This document shows, one piece after another, positions 1 through 11,381 of a DNA stretch of 53,311 nucleotides. How positions within the stretch are numbered: position 1 is the first letter of the stretch; the number at the start of each line of letters is the position of its first letter. The position numbers were made by a program, and so were the translations under genes. Source of the stretch: Clostridioides phage phiCD418; the sequence record MW512573.1. One strand, 5' to 3'. The notes under the pieces are model-generated. The model ran no database searches and was not told the origin of the DNA. It saw only the letters and a list, made by a program, of their open reading frames with translations.

Positions 1-765
1 GTGCAAGATGTCAAAGAAAAGGTAAAACAAGATTACTTAAAAGGAATGAAACAAAAGGAAATATCAGCAAAGTATGACATTAGTTTAAATACTTTAAAGT
101 CATGGATAAAAAGATACAACTGGTCAAAGGAAAAGAAAAAGGGTGCACCCATAAATAAAAGAGGTGCACCCTTTTCTAATAAAAATTCAGTTGGCCATGG
201 TGCTCCAAAAGAGAATAAGAATGCTGAAAAGTTTGGTTTCTTCTCAAAATACTTACCCGAAGAAACTCAAGACCTAATTAATGAAATAAAGAATAAAGAT
301 AAATTCGATATTCTTTGGGAACAGATAACAATTCAATATGCAGCAATAATAAGAGCACAAAAGATAATGTATGTTAAAGATAAAGAGGAAATGATTAAGG
401 AATTAAAGAAACATGAAAGCACAGAAAATAGTGAGAAGATAGAGTATGAATTTCAATTTGCATGGGATAGGCAAGCATCTTTTCTTAATGCACAGAGTAG
501 GGCAATGAGTGAGTTAAGGAGTCTTATAAAGCAATATGATGAAATGATTCATAAGGATTGGAATTTGGCTACAGAGGAGCAAAAGACAAGAATAGATACA
601 ATGAGAACTAAAGTAGAACTTGAGAAAATTAAGTTGTTTGGTGATGATAAAGATGATAATTCAGAAGCTATACAAAGCTTCTTAGAAGCTACTACTATGA
701 GTGAAGAAGATATAAAAGCTTTATTTGAAGAAGAAGAAGGAGAGTGCAAAAATGGCTCTACTTAG
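1..765 (+). CDS. terS: Terminase small subunit
   Basis: First gene of the packaging module; 3' end overlaps terL. Basic HTH-like N-terminus ([19 protein letters not shown]). GTG start at nt 1, preceded across the circular junction by RBS aagaggtggtgat at the record end. Confidence 0.7.
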   Translation: MQDVKEKVKQDYLKGMKQKEISAKYDISLNTLKSWIKRYNWSKEKKKGAPINKRGAPFSNKNSVGHGAPKENKNAEKFGFFSKYLPEETQDLINEIKNKDKFDILWEQITIQYAAIIRAQKIMYVKDKEEMIKELKKHESTENSEKIEYEFQFAWDRQASFLNAQSRAMSELRSLIKQYDEMIHKDWNLATEEQKTRIDTMRTKVELEKIKLFGDDKDDNSEAIQSFLEATTMSEEDIKALFEEEEGECKNGST

Positions 766-2107
766 AAGAAAACAAAAAAGACAAGAAAAGAGATTTGAAT
801 TTAAACCTTTTTCAAAGAAACAATTAAAACTTCTCAACTGGTGGAGAGAAGGTTCTAAATATAAGGACTATGACATTATCATTGCTGATGGAGCAATAAG
901 AAGTGGTAAAACTATAGCTATGATTTGTAGCTTCTTAATGTTTACGCAAACTAATTTTGAAGGAGAAAACTTCATAATTGCAGGAAAGACTATTGGTTCA
1001 CTAAAGAAAAATGTTATTGAACCTATGAAACAGATATTAAATGCTTGGGGTTGGCGATTTGAGTACAATCGTTCAGAAAATTTTTTAGTAATTGGTAGTA
1101 ATACATATTATATGTATGATGCTAACAATGAAGCTTCCCAAGATAAATTACAAGGTTTGACAGCAGCAGGGGCTTTAGCTGATGAAGTAGCTTTATTTCC
1201 TAAAAACTTTGTTGACCAAATGATTGGTCGTTGCTCTGTTGATGGCTCTAAAATATTTATGAACTGCAACCCTGCAGGTCCATATCATTTTATTAAAACT
1301 GAATTTATAGACAAAGTAAAAGAAAAATTAATCTGTTATTTACATTTCACAATGGATGATAATTTATCTTTATCTGAGAAAGTTAAAAATAAGTTTAAAA
1401 GAATGTTTACAGGTGTCTTTTATAAGAGATATATTTTAGGTCTTTGGTGTCAAGCTGAAGGTGTTATCTATGATATGTTTAATGAGAAGATACACAAGGT
1501 ACTAACTAAACTTAGAGAATACACAGAGCATTATGTATCATGTGACTACGGTACTCAAAACGCTACAGTATTTATATTGTGGGGCAAATGTAAAGATGTT
1601 TGGTATGCAGTCAAAGAGTATTATTACGACGGAAGAAAAGAAGGGAAACAAAATTCAGATAATAAATATTATACTGAGCTAGTAAATTTTTTAGGAAATA
1701 TACATCCCAAAGCTATAATAATAGACCCAAGTGCAGCTTCTTTTATAACTTTAATCAGAGATAAAGGGAAGTATAGAGTTAAAAAAGGTAATAATGATGT
1801 ATTAAATGGAATAAGAAATGTTGGAACTGCTTTAAATAGAGAAATGATTAAATTTAATGATTGTTGCTCTAATATATTTAAGGAGTTCTTTTCTTATGTT
1901 TGGGATGAAAAAGCTTTAGAGTATGGAGAAGATAAACCAGTTAAAATAATGGATCATGCTATGGATGCTATTAGATATTTTGTTCATACGGTATTGTTTG
2001 GAGGAAAAGAACCTAATTATGATGATGAAATCTATAATAAAGGCTTAGGATTGAAGAAAAATAATATACAAAATCAATATAATAAGAAAGGAGGGACTGT
2101 ATTTTAG
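725..2107 (+). CDS. terL: Terminase large subunit (PBSX XtmB / Terminase_3-like)
   Basis: 460 aa. Walker-A-like [14 protein letters not shown] near the N-terminus, acidic nuclease-type C-terminal half, directly follows terS. True start may be the internal ATG near 749. Confidence 0.85.
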   Translation: MKKKKESAKMALLRRKQKRQEKRFEFKPFSKKQLKLLNWWREGSKYKDYDIIIADGAIRSGKTIAMICSFLMFTQTNFEGENFIIAGKTIGSLKKNVIEPMKQILNAWGWRFEYNRSENFLVIGSNTYYMYDANNEASQDKLQGLTAAGALADEVALFPKNFVDQMIGRCSVDGSKIFMNCNPAGPYHFIKTEFIDKVKEKLICYLHFTMDDNLSLSEKVKNKFKRMFTGVFYKRYILGLWCQAEGVIYDMFNEKIHKVLTKLREYTEHYVSCDYGTQNATVFILWGKCKDVWYAVKEYYYDGRKEGKQNSDNKYYTELVNFLGNIHPKAIIIDPSAASFITLIRDKGKYRVKKGNNDVLNGIRNVGTALNREMIKFNDCCSNIFKEFFSYVWDEKALEYGEDKPVKIMDHAMDAIRYFVHTVLFGGKEPNYDDEIYNKGLGLKKNNIQNQYNKKGGTVF

Positions 2108-3630
2108 TGAATATAAAAAATATCTTACTCAATTTAGATGAAAAAGAGTTAAGAGATAGAAAACATGCAGAAAGAGATTTTTTGTTTTATCTAGGTGAAT
2201 GTAGAAATAAAACTATGGGACTGTTAGATGATGATTTTTTAGGTCAAAGTTGGATTACTTTTGATAACCTAGACTATACACCTTCTCAAATTGTGGATAA
2301 TAAGGTAAAACCACTTATAAATAAACAAGCTCGTTTTATGTTTGGAAAAGAGCCAACTATAATACTTAAAGCATATGAAAAAGAACATAAAGAAGCATGT
2401 GAGGAATTAAGGCAGTATATTGATTCAATATTAAATGCCAGCAAGTTTTGGAGCAACACACTAAAAGCTTTTAAGATAGCAACTATAACGAAAAGAGTCT
2501 TATTAAGGTTAGAAGCTGAACCAAATCAACCTATAAGACTCTTTTATCATTCTATAAATGATTTCAAATATCAAGTTGATAGTAATGATATTACAAAATT
2601 AAAGTCAGTTGTATTTGTTAGATTTGATTCATCAACTATAAAAGAAGTAACAGCAAAACAAATATGGTATAGATATACTTACTATATGAAAAAAAGTGAT
2701 GTCAGTAATCAAGAAAGTTGCTTTATAAAGATAGAAAAGTTCAAAGGTGATAACTTATCTAAACCTATTAAAATAACAGAAAATGATACCAAGCTTTCTA
2801 AAATACCATGTTGGGTGATTGTTAATGAACAAAGCATTACAAATATAAGAGGAATTAGCGATATTGAGGACTTAAAACCTTTACAGGACACTTATAATAA
2901 AAGGTTGTCAGATTTTAATGATTCTTTAAAATTTCTAATGTTTGGTCAAACAGTTGTAGTAGATGCGACAGAAGAAACAGTTAATGCTTGCAAGATTGCT
3001 CCTAATGCTTTAATGGCATTAAAAACACTTGAAGAAGGTTCAGAAAAAGCAAAACAAGCACAAGCGTATAGGGTTGAGAGTAGTTTTTCAAATGCAGACC
3101 CTGTAAACTCTTTTTTTAAAAGACTTGAAGATAGTATGTATGAAAAATTAGCAATACCTAGACCTGAACAATTACAGAATATACCTAGTGCCAAAGCTTT
3201 GAAATATTTATATACAGAGCTTATTGCAAGATGTTCAGAAAAGTGGAATGATTGGGAACCTGCAATAAGAAGCATGTTAAGATTAATAGTTGAAGCTTGT
3301 AGTAAATTTAATTGTTATGATGATTGGAATCATGACTGGGATGATTTAATGTTTTCTATTGTATTAAATAAAAATTATCCAATTCCAGAAGATGAAGAAG
3401 ATTCAAAAAGGTTGGCGCTTGAAGAAGTTAATAATAATGTTAGAAGTCATAGAAATTATATAAAAGAATTTGGAGATGATGAAGATTATGAGGAAGCATT
3501 TAATGAAGTACTAGAAGATAATGAAAAGATACAATCAGTAGAGCAAGACCAGTTCAGAAAAGATGCAGAAATAGAAATTGATAATATTGATGAAGAATTA
3601 AATAGTAAATCTAATAATAGTGATGAGTAA
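2107..3630 (+). CDS. Portal protein
   Basis: 507 aa ORF immediately after terL (ATGA overlap). Acidic C-terminal tail. Position and size typical of an SPP1 gp6-like portal. Confidence 0.75.
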   Translation: MNIKNILLNLDEKELRDRKHAERDFLFYLGECRNKTMGLLDDDFLGQSWITFDNLDYTPSQIVDNKVKPLINKQARFMFGKEPTIILKAYEKEHKEACEELRQYIDSILNASKFWSNTLKAFKIATITKRVLLRLEAEPNQPIRLFYHSINDFKYQVDSNDITKLKSVVFVRFDSSTIKEVTAKQIWYRYTYYMKKSDVSNQESCFIKIEKFKGDNLSKPIKITENDTKLSKIPCWVIVNEQSITNIRGISDIEDLKPLQDTYNKRLSDFNDSLKFLMFGQTVVVDATEETVNACKIAPNALMALKTLEEGSEKAKQAQAYRVESSFSNADPVNSFFKRLEDSMYEKLAIPRPEQLQNIPSAKALKYLYTELIARCSEKWNDWEPAIRSMLRLIVEACSKFNCYDDWNHDWDDLMFSIVLNKNYPIPEDEEDSKRLALEEVNNNVRSHRNYIKEFGDDEDYEEAFNEVLEDNEKIQSVEQDQFRKDAEIEIDNIDEELNSKSNNSDE

Positions 3631-3642
3631 TGAGGTGTTGTT

Positions 3643-5262
3643 ATGAAGGACAATACTTATACAAAGAAAGTTCTCGAAGCTAGAAAAAAACTTTTATTAT
3701 TAGATAAAAAAGTACAATTAGAGATATTAAGTGTCTATAAAGATGCTAGTAAAACTATTTTAAGTGATATTGTTAAAAATAAAGAGTTGAATCTAAGTAC
3801 TAAATACTTAAAAAAGCTAAATAAATCAATCGAGAAGTATATCAATGAGCTAAATCAAAGATTAGTACCTGTTACAGAAAAAAGCATAATAGAAGCTTCT
3901 AATATAGCTAAAGAATTACAAATGTATTACTATCAATCAATAGTTCCAAACGAATCTATAAAGTTTGCATGTGATGCTATGTGTATAAAGACAACTACTA
4001 GTGTGGTGGAAAAACTAGTTGCAAGTAACTTTTATAAAGATAAAAGGTCATTAGATAGTAGGATTTGGGGCTATAGTAATAAAAATAGAAAAGATATTGA
4101 TAGATTAATAAAAGCTAATGTTGCAAGAGGTGCTAATGCAAAGACTTTAGCAAAGAGTTTAGATAATTATGTTAATCCAGTTAAAAAGACAGAAGCTAAA
4201 ACGTTAGAAGTTGGAATGAATAAAAGTATATCTTATCAAGCTCAAAGACTTGCTAGAACTTCTATAACACATGCTTTTGTAGAAACAAGTGTCCAAAATG
4301 CAATAAATAACCCCATGTGTATTGGTCTACAATGGAACCTAAGTTCTCAACATTATATTAGACAAGTAAAATGGAGGGGCGAGGATGAATGCGATGAATA
4401 TGCAGAACAAAATAGATATGGATTAGGTGAAGGAGTTTTCCCACCAGAAAAGTATCCTATTCCACACCCTAATTGTCTTTGTTATCCCACTCAAGTTATA
4501 GTGCCAATCAATGAAGCTTCTAAAATGATGAACGATTGGGTAACTGGTGGAGATAATGATATTCTTGATAGTTGGTTTGATGGAATAATACATCAAAATA
4601 ATAGTATTCCAGTCATTAAGAAACAAATAAATAAAAAGAATAAAATAACTACAAATAGTAAAGATGATAGAATTAAAAAGAACCTTACTAATTCAATTAA
4701 GAATAAGTCAAAGAAAGCACCTAAACAGATTCAAAAATATATAAATAAGTATGTAAATACAAATAAAATAATAATTGATAATGGTCAAAAGATGCCTTTT
4801 ATATATTATACTAAGGTTGATTTAATTGGTATTAATCCAAACATCAGAGAATTTAAATCTTATAATAAAGAAGCTGCTTTACTTCATGAGTTTGCACATA
4901 GAATTGATATAAAAGAAATTAAGAGCTATAATAATATTAAGTTCCAACAAGCTATTGAAAGTAGTTCTATGTATGTTTTAAAAAATATTGAAAAACTACA
5001 GAGTATATATGGTAACTCTAATGATTTGTATAACAATGAATTTATTAGTGATATATTGGGAGCATTATCCAATAATGAATTTGATGATTTATTAGCAACT
5101 CATAGCGAAAATTACTGGAGTAAAAACAGAAATAAAGAGAAAGAAATATTTGCTAATTTATTTACACTAAAGTATCAAAATAATAAAGAAATAAATAGTT
5201 TTATTAAAGAACATTTAAATAGTTTAGATAAAATATTTAATGAATTGCTAGGAGGGATTTAG
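3643..5262 (+). CDS. Minor head protein (Mu F / SPP1 gp7-like) with long C-terminal extension
   Basis: 539 aa following the portal. N-terminal about 300 aa has the Mu-F-like head morphogenesis pattern. Lys/Asn-rich C-terminal half. Confidence 0.55.
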   Translation: MKDNTYTKKVLEARKKLLLLDKKVQLEILSVYKDASKTILSDIVKNKELNLSTKYLKKLNKSIEKYINELNQRLVPVTEKSIIEASNIAKELQMYYYQSIVPNESIKFACDAMCIKTTTSVVEKLVASNFYKDKRSLDSRIWGYSNKNRKDIDRLIKANVARGANAKTLAKSLDNYVNPVKKTEAKTLEVGMNKSISYQAQRLARTSITHAFVETSVQNAINNPMCIGLQWNLSSQHYIRQVKWRGEDECDEYAEQNRYGLGEGVFPPEKYPIPHPNCLCYPTQVIVPINEASKMMNDWVTGGDNDILDSWFDGIIHQNNSIPVIKKQINKKNKITTNSKDDRIKKNLTNSIKNKSKKAPKQIQKYINKYVNTNKIIIDNGQKMPFIYYTKVDLIGINPNIREFKSYNKEAALLHEFAHRIDIKEIKSYNNIKFQQAIESSSMYVLKNIEKLQSIYGNSNDLYNNEFISDILGALSNNEFDDLLATHSENYWSKNRNKEKEIFANLFTLKYQNNKEINSFIKEHLNSLDKIFNELLGGI

Positions 5263-5275
5263 ATTGCTTGAAGAA

Positions 5276-5416
5276 ATGAGAAAAGATAAAAAGCTGTTAG
5301 AGTTGAGACGATTATATAAAGAGAAGTATGGTAAGAACGCACCTGGGTTCAACTATGATGAATACAACAGTTATGCTGAGTACAAAGAAAAGTTAAAAGA
5401 ATTGATACAAAAATAA
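5276..5416 (+). CDS. Small hypothetical protein (46 aa)
   Basis: Short ORF MRKDKKLLELRRLYKEKYGKNAPGF... between the minor head and scaffold genes, followed by a hairpin plus TTTTGTT (5417-5458). Not in the ORF track (<60 aa). Confidence 0.25.
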   Translation: MRKDKKLLELRRLYKEKYGKNAPGFNYDEYNSYAEYKEKLKELIQK

Positions 5417-5482
5417 AGTGAGCACTTATTAATTAAATATTAATGAGTGCTTTTGTTATGCTTAATTTTAGGAGGAAATTAA

Positions 5483-6136
5483 ATGTTAGAGTATTTTAAA
5501 AAGTTACTTGGAGATGAAGAAGGACAAAAAGTTTATGAAAAATTATCTAAAGATAAAGAAAATAAGCTTCTTTTAGATAATATTAAAAGTCCTAGATTCG
5601 TTGAAAAGACAGAGCTAGAAAATGCAAATAAAGAGATTAAAGAGTATAAAAAGCAAATAGGAGATAGAGACAAGCAATTAAATGATTTACAAGGCAAAGT
5701 TAAAGATAATAAAGAGTTATCAGATGAAATTGAAAGTCTTAAAAATGCAAATAAAGAAATTAGAGAAAATGCAGAAAAAGAAATTGAGGTTTTAAAGTTT
5801 AATACAGCTTTTGAAAGAGTTATTGAAAGTTATAATCCTAGAAACTCAAAAGCTTTGGCTGCTTTAATAAATAAGGATAATATTAGTTTTGTAGATGGTA
5901 AATTTATTGGATTAGATGAACAAATAAAAGCTTATCAACAAAGCGATTCTTATTTATTCAATAATGAAAAAAACAAAGGAGATGATGAAATTGGAGGAAC
6001 TGGAGGATTAGAAGGCGGAACAACGTCATTACTTGATAATGATAGCGAAATAAGTAGTATAGGTGAGTTGTTAGCTAACTCTAAAGTAAAAAGTGAAAAT
6101 ATAGAAGCTCAAAAGAAATTCTTTGGAGAAGAATAG
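5483..6136 (+). CDS. Scaffolding protein
   Basis: 217 aa, strongly coiled-coil (KEIKEYKKQIGDRDKQLNDLQGKVKD...). Lies immediately upstream of the decoration and capsid genes. RBS aggagg. Confidence 0.55.
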   Translation: MLEYFKKLLGDEEGQKVYEKLSKDKENKLLLDNIKSPRFVEKTELENANKEIKEYKKQIGDRDKQLNDLQGKVKDNKELSDEIESLKNANKEIRENAEKEIEVLKFNTAFERVIESYNPRNSKALAALINKDNISFVDGKFIGLDEQIKAYQQSDSYLFNNEKNKGDDEIGGTGGLEGGTTSLLDNDSEISSIGELLANSKVKSENIEAQKKFFGEE

Positions 6137-6147
6137 GAGGAAAATAT

Positions 6148-6504
6148 ATGAGTATAGAAAAATCTGAGATTTACATGGGGGAAAATAAAACCATATTAAA
6201 ATTTGCAGGAAATTTATTTCAAAATGTAAATATTAAAGTGAAAAAAACCGATGTAGCTATAGTAGATGAAAAGAGAATTTTAAAAGCAGGTACATTAATA
6301 TCAAAAGATGGAAAATTGGTAGATGGTACAACTGTTACAAATGATAAGGCTTTTGGTTTAGTATATAGAGATATAGATTTTACTTATTCAAATGGGAATG
6401 AAAGTATTCCAGTATTTATATTTGGATTTATAGATGAAAAGACCTTGCCAACAGCTATACCAGAAGAAGCAAAACAAGCAATGAAAATGATTATGTTTTT
6501 ATAA
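6148..6504 (+). CDS. Head decoration protein (lambda gpD-like)
   Basis: 118 aa directly upstream of the major capsid gene. DGTTVTNDKAFGLVYRD resembles the gpD DGTTDGAAVGIL region. RBS aggagg. Confidence 0.4.
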   Translation: MSIEKSEIYMGENKTILKFAGNLFQNVNIKVKKTDVAIVDEKRILKAGTLISKDGKLVDGTTVTNDKAFGLVYRDIDFTYSNGNESIPVFIFGFIDEKTLPTAIPEEAKQAMKMIMFL

Positions 6505-6527
6505 AATAAATATTAGGAGGAATTAAA

Positions 6528-7556
6528 ATGGATTGGAAAGACTTTATAGACTCTAAGGAGATAGCTAAATATATAAAAAAATTACCGCTAGAAATGTTAA
6601 TAGGCGAATCTTTGTTTCCAAGAAAAAAGCAAATAGGTATGGACCTAAAATATATTAAGGGAGCGAAGAAAAAACCAGTAGTGTTAAAACAAAGTACTTT
6701 TGATGTTGCTGTAAAAATAAGAGCATTAAAAGCTCAAATAGAAGTTAAATCAAAGAGAATGCCATTTTTTAAAGAGAGTGTTCTTGTAAATGAGGAAGAT
6801 AGACAACAGTTACTTTTAGCTTCTAAAGCTCAAAATAAAGAACTGTTACTAATGATAATTTCACAAATATATGATAATTATTTAGCTCTTGTAGATGGTG
6901 GCGATATGCAAATGGAAAGAATGAGAATGCAGGCGCTAGCTGATGGAGTAATAAATATCGTATCAGAAGATGGAGATTTAGTATTTGACTTTGAAGTTCC
7001 AAGCAATCATAAAGAAGTGTTAACTGGAAGTGCAACATGGGATAATCCAGATGCAGATATTATAGGAGATATTCAAAGATGGATGAGAATAATGAGAGAT
7101 GAAGGGAATCCGTTACCTAAGAGAATGGTAATGACAAGTAAAACCTTTGGGTATTTTGCTAAAAATAAAGCTATTAAATTAGATATAGATAAAGATGGTA
7201 GAGTTATTTTAACTGATGAAATGATTAAAAATTATCTTAAAAATAAAGTTGGTTTATCTGTTGCCATAGTAAGTGGAACATATAAATTAGAAGATGAAAG
7301 TGAAGAATCTTATTTCCCTGATAACAAAATAACTTTTATTCCAGATGGAGATTTAGGAAAAACTTATTATGGTACAACACCAGAAGAAGCTGACAAAGTA
7401 TATGGTTCTAAATTAGATTGTTCTGTTGTTAGAACTGGTATTGCTATAACAACAATGAGATTAATTGACCCAGTAACAGTTCAAACTAAGGTATCACAAC
7501 TAGGTATGCCAAGCTTTGAACGTGCTGATGAATGTTTCTTCGCTACAGTAGCATAA
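6528..7556 (+). CDS. Major capsid protein (lambda E-like)
   Basis: 342 aa in the scaffold-decoration-capsid order. Strong RBS aggagg. Size typical for Phage_cap_E. Confidence 0.75.
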   Translation: MDWKDFIDSKEIAKYIKKLPLEMLIGESLFPRKKQIGMDLKYIKGAKKKPVVLKQSTFDVAVKIRALKAQIEVKSKRMPFFKESVLVNEEDRQQLLLASKAQNKELLLMIISQIYDNYLALVDGGDMQMERMRMQALADGVINIVSEDGDLVFDFEVPSNHKEVLTGSATWDNPDADIIGDIQRWMRIMRDEGNPLPKRMVMTSKTFGYFAKNKAIKLDIDKDGRVILTDEMIKNYLKNKVGLSVAIVSGTYKLEDESEESYFPDNKITFIPDGDLGKTYYGTTPEEADKVYGSKLDCSVVRTGIAITTMRLIDPVTVQTKVSQLGMPSFERADECFFATVA

Positions 7557-7573
7557 TTAAGGGGGTGATAATT

Positions 7574-7780
7574 ATGGCTAAAAAGAAAGATAATTTAATG
7601 CAAGTAAAAGCTTTGGTATATCTAAAGTATGATAATGGATGCTATAAAATAGGTGATGTATTTGAGATTAGAAAAGCAGACCAAGAATCTATGGAAGAAA
7701 AAGGATATATAGAAGTCATAGGAGAAATTGAAGAAAAGAATAATAGTGATAATGAGCTTCTTGAAAAAGATGGTGAGTAG
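7574..7780 (+). CDS. Hypothetical small head protein
   Basis: ATG at 7574 with RBS gggggtga. 68 aa. The ORF track's longer version overlaps the capsid gene. Confidence 0.35.
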   Translation: MAKKKDNLMQVKALVYLKYDNGCYKIGDVFEIRKADQESMEEKGYIEVIGEIEEKNNSDNELLEKDGE

Positions 7781-7782
7781 AT

Positions 7783-8100
7783 ATGTCTATTACCAATTTA
7801 GATAAATTAAAACTTAATTTGCAAGAAGAAGAGTATCCTTATTTTACAGATGAACAACTTGTGATGTTATTAGAATCTAATGAGAATAATGTTTTAAAAG
7901 CTTCATGGAGAGGTTGTTTACTCAAAGGTGCTACAGATGATTGTATTAAAATAGGCCCTATAGAAACTAAGAGTAGTAATAGTTCATACTGGTTATCATT
8001 AGCAGATATATATAAAACTGACTATTTAGAAGAAAAATCAAAGAATGAAACAACTAACACAGGATATAAAACATCTATGATAAGAGTTGATGGGCAATGA
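7783..8100 (+). CDS. Head-tail connector / DNA-packaging protein (gp6-like)
   Basis: 105 aa, tightly coupled (ATGA-type junctions) to neighbours in the head completion block. Confidence 0.45.
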   Translation: MSITNLDKLKLNLQEEEYPYFTDEQLVMLLESNENNVLKASWRGCLLKGATDDCIKIGPIETKSSNSSYWLSLADIYKTDYLEEKSKNETTNTGYKTSMIRVDGQ

Positions 8101-8480
8101 GAAAATTAAGAGCTGATAAGATAATAAAGACTATCAATAGAGGAATAACTTTAAATCCTCAAACAATAACTATAGAGCAAGAAGTGAAAAATATAGTAGA
8201 TGGGGCTATTGAGGTTACAAATGAAGTAAAAGAACTAACAGTAGTTATATATCCCGAAAAAACTAATGATACAGTAATAAATAGTGAAACTATTGGCACA
8301 GCTTATAAAAATAAAAACTTTGGTATGGTTACAGATAAAGAAGCTGATTTAAGATTGAATACTGAAAGTAATATAACATTTAAATGTATTGAAGGTACTA
8401 TGAAATTAAACTATGTAAATCCTGTTGTAGTTGAAGGCAAAATCTGTGGTTATATATGTGGTCTTGAAAAGCTAGATTAG
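8097..8480 (+). CDS. Head-tail joining protein
   Basis: 127 aa, overlapping start, in the connector block. Confidence 0.4.
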   Translation: MRKLRADKIIKTINRGITLNPQTITIEQEVKNIVDGAIEVTNEVKELTVVIYPEKTNDTVINSETIGTAYKNKNFGMVTDKEADLRLNTESNITFKCIEGTMKLNYVNPVVVEGKICGYICGLEKLD

Positions 8481-8490
8481 AGGTGATTTA

Positions 8491-8901
8491 ATGAGTGTGT
8501 TTACTAAGGCTATAAATGAAATTGATAGGAAAAAGTCTACAATGCCACTTCTGTGTATGAATATAGCTTTTATGTTAGAAGGAGAAGCTAAAAATAGTGC
8601 AAAATGGACTGATAGGACAGGAAATGCAAGACAAGGTATAACAGGAACTAGCTTAGGTGGAGGAAATCAATACATTGTTAGGTTAGGACATGGAGTTGAC
8701 TATGGAACTGTTTTAGAGGAAGGTTCAGCACCTCATATTATAAAACCAAGAAATGCAAAAGCTTTGTTTTGGAATGGAGCTTCACATCCTGTTATGAAGG
8801 TTCAACATCCTGGTACTAAAGGTACACATTCTTTAGAGTCCACAATTAGTAGGAATATGCCTAAGATAGGGAAATTAATAGAAGGACATTGGAGTAAATA
8901 A
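8491..8901 (+). CDS. Head closure / neck protein (HK97 gp10-like)
   Basis: 136 aa, RBS agaggtga. Position between the connector and sheath genes. Confidence 0.4.
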   Translation: MSVFTKAINEIDRKKSTMPLLCMNIAFMLEGEAKNSAKWTDRTGNARQGITGTSLGGGNQYIVRLGHGVDYGTVLEEGSAPHIIKPRNAKALFWNGASHPVMKVQHPGTKGTHSLESTISRNMPKIGKLIEGHWSK

Positions 8902-8902
8902 T

Positions 8903-9727
8903 ATGAGAGCAGGAATAAGAAAAGCCTTAATTGAGAACATACCAAAGCTTAAAGATTGTTATGAACCAACTGTACCTAATAAAAAAACTATAAAACCTTA
9001 TATTGTAGTTGTCCAAGGTGAAGATGCTGGCAATGAAGGTGATGTTATAGGTTTTAGAAGGACCATAAATATTTGGTTATATGAGAAAAGGACTACATTT
9101 AATAAACTGGATGAACTTACAAAAGAAGTCATAGAGACTTTAGATTTTAAAACTATAACAGATGATACTTCTAATGAGGTATTTACTTGTATTTATGAGG
9201 GTGCAGTTGGTCAAGATGTTATAGACGAGGAATGGGAAGCTATAATAAGATGTCTAAGGTTTAGTGTAATAGCTTTAGATGATAAAGAGGATATAACTAA
9301 TGATAGATGGGTTGGAGCTCTATCTAAGTACACAAAAGATTTATTAGAAATCGAGAGTTACAAGGATAATTGGAAGAAAAACTTTATAGCGCCATGCTGT
9401 TTGTGGCGAACTACAAATATTGAAAACAAAAGGATTAACTATCATCTGATTGAGATTACTAAAACTATGAAATGTCATGTTGTTAGCAAAAATAAGGATG
9501 AAATAGTTAAGCTTCTTGAAGAATTAGAGACTAAGCTAATAATAGATAAGAGAGTAAGACTTAGAGAAGATAAAAACATGTATTTAACTCTTGTAAGTGT
9601 AGTTGAAGATAGAGAATCGGACATGTTTTCTAATGGTCAATTAACTGTAGTATTTAAAATGATAGGTAAGATAAAAAGAGAAGGACCTATTATGAATAAG
9701 ATTTATAGTAATGGAAACTTAAGATAG
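8903..9727 (+). CDS. Structural hypothetical protein (tail completion region)
   Basis: 274 aa, translationally coupled, upstream of the sheath gene. Confidence 0.35.
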   Translation: MRAGIRKALIENIPKLKDCYEPTVPNKKTIKPYIVVVQGEDAGNEGDVIGFRRTINIWLYEKRTTFNKLDELTKEVIETLDFKTITDDTSNEVFTCIYEGAVGQDVIDEEWEAIIRCLRFSVIALDDKEDITNDRWVGALSKYTKDLLEIESYKDNWKKNFIAPCCLWRTTNIENKRINYHLIEITKTMKCHVVSKNKDEIVKLLEELETKLIIDKRVRLREDKNMYLTLVSVVEDRESDMFSNGQLTVVFKMIGKIKREGPIMNKIYSNGNLR

Positions 9728-9730
9728 GAG

Positions 9731-9943
9731 GTGCAAGGGTTGGCTGAAACAATTAATAAAAAGACTAATGTAAGTAAGCAGGAAGAAAAATATTTGAAAA
9801 GTGATTTTATAAAAAATAGCGAAGCACTTGGCTACAAGAAAGAAGTAGTTGCAGGTGCTTTATTTAATTGTAAGAAAGATGAACTTACAAAATCAGAGTT
9901 TGAGAAGCTTATAAAAGATTTCTTAGAAAGAGAGGTGAAGTAA
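9731..9943 (+). CDS. Hypothetical protein
   Basis: 70 aa ORF with RBS ggaggtg, immediately upstream of the sheath gene. Confidence 0.3.
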   Translation: MQGLAETINKKTNVSKQEEKYLKSDFIKNSEALGYKKEVVAGALFNCKKDELTKSEFEKLIKDFLEREVK

Positions 9944-9944
9944 A

Positions 9945-11366
9945 ATGGCAACTGGTACATGGAATGAAAAAGAAAAAAAGGAGATACCTGGTTTTTATAA
10001 CAGGTTCAAGACTCAAGCAGAAAAGTCTACAAATAAAGGATTAAAGGGTAGATTAGCAATACCAGTTAAGGCTAATTGGGGAGAAGTTGGCAAGGTTGTA
10101 ACAATAAAAAATGACTTGAGACAGCTTAAAACTTTATTTGGTGATGATATGAACTATTCAGCATATAAGTTAGGTAAATTAGCTTTATTAGGGAATGTAA
10201 AGGAATTACTTTTATATAGGCTTGTAGATGGAAATCAAAAGAAGGGTACATTAACACTAAAAGATACTACAGAAAATACTGCAAAAGATGTAATTAAGCT
10301 AGAAACTAAATATCCAACTAGCAGAAATTTTAATGTAACAATAAAATCTAATCTAGTAGATGCAGATAAAAAAGACTTTGTATTCTTCGAAGGAACTAAA
10401 CAGTTATTTAGTTCAAGTGTTAAAGGTACTATAGATGAAATAGTGCTAGAAATAAACTCAAATTTAGATAATGAGTATGTAATTGCAACTAAAGTAGCTG
10501 ATAGTGATACAACATTAGCAAACTTAGTAAATGTAGCACTTGAGGGTGGTAATGATGGTTGTACATCTATAACAAATGAATCTTATCTAAAAGCATTAGA
10601 AGAATTTGAGAGATATAGTTTTGATTCTTTTGTACTTGATGGTGTAGCTGACGAAGCTTTGCAAGAAACAACAAAAGCTTGGGTAGCTAAAAATAAAGAA
10701 TTAGGAAAAGACATACTACTTTTTCTAGGTGGAAAAACAGAGGATAATATAAAACAAATTAATGATAAATCAAAAGGTTTTAATGATGAAAATATAGTTA
10801 ATGTTGGGAGCTCAGCTTATTATGAAGGAATAAAATATACACCTAGCGAAGTAGCTGTTTATATAGGAGCATTAGCAGTAAGCAAAGGTATAACAGGAAG
10901 TATATGTAATGCTAAGACTATATTTGAAGAAGTAGAACCAAGACTAAGCCAATCAGAAGTTAAAGAGTGCTTAAAGGCAGGAACATTAATACTTGATTTT
11001 GATGATGGAGACGTGATTATAGTTGATGATGTAAACACATTTAAGAAGTATACAGATGATAAAAGCGAAGCTATGGGATATATCTCTAATATTATGTTTA
11101 TTAATACTATAAATAAAGATACTTCATTAAAAAGAAAAGAGTTTGTAGGGAAAATATTTAATGATGCAACAGGGCAGACAACTGTTATATGTGCATTAAA
11201 GAAATATTTTGAAGAATTAATGAGCCAAGGTATTATATCAGAATTTAATGTTGATATAGATACAGAGCTTCAAGCAACTGCCAAAGCTGATGAATTTTAC
11301 TGGAAATGGGAAGCTATTAAGGTTGATGTAATGAAAAAAATATATGGTACTGGATACCTAAAATAA
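9945..11366 (+). CDS. Tail sheath protein
   Basis: 473 aa, followed by a 137-aa tube gene. Matches the PBSX XkdK-XkdM pair typical of contractile tails. Confidence 0.8.
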   Translation: MATGTWNEKEKKEIPGFYNRFKTQAEKSTNKGLKGRLAIPVKANWGEVGKVVTIKNDLRQLKTLFGDDMNYSAYKLGKLALLGNVKELLLYRLVDGNQKKGTLTLKDTTENTAKDVIKLETKYPTSRNFNVTIKSNLVDADKKDFVFFEGTKQLFSSSVKGTIDEIVLEINSNLDNEYVIATKVADSDTTLANLVNVALEGGNDGCTSITNESYLKALEEFERYSFDSFVLDGVADEALQETTKAWVAKNKELGKDILLFLGGKTEDNIKQINDKSKGFNDENIVNVGSSAYYEGIKYTPSEVAVYIGALAVSKGITGSICNAKTIFEEVEPRLSQSEVKECLKAGTLILDFDDGDVIIVDDVNTFKKYTDDKSEAMGYISNIMFINTINKDTSLKRKEFVGKIFNDATGQTTVICALKKYFEELMSQGIISEFNVDIDTELQATAKADEFYWKWEAIKVDVMKKIYGTGYLK

Positions 11367-11381
11367 AGGAGGTTATAGATT

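Noticed and set aside
549-749. Minus-strand 66-aa ORF inside terS (and 868-1068 inside terL, 2709-3275 inside portal)
   Set aside because: Antisense shadow ORFs within well-supported packaging genes.
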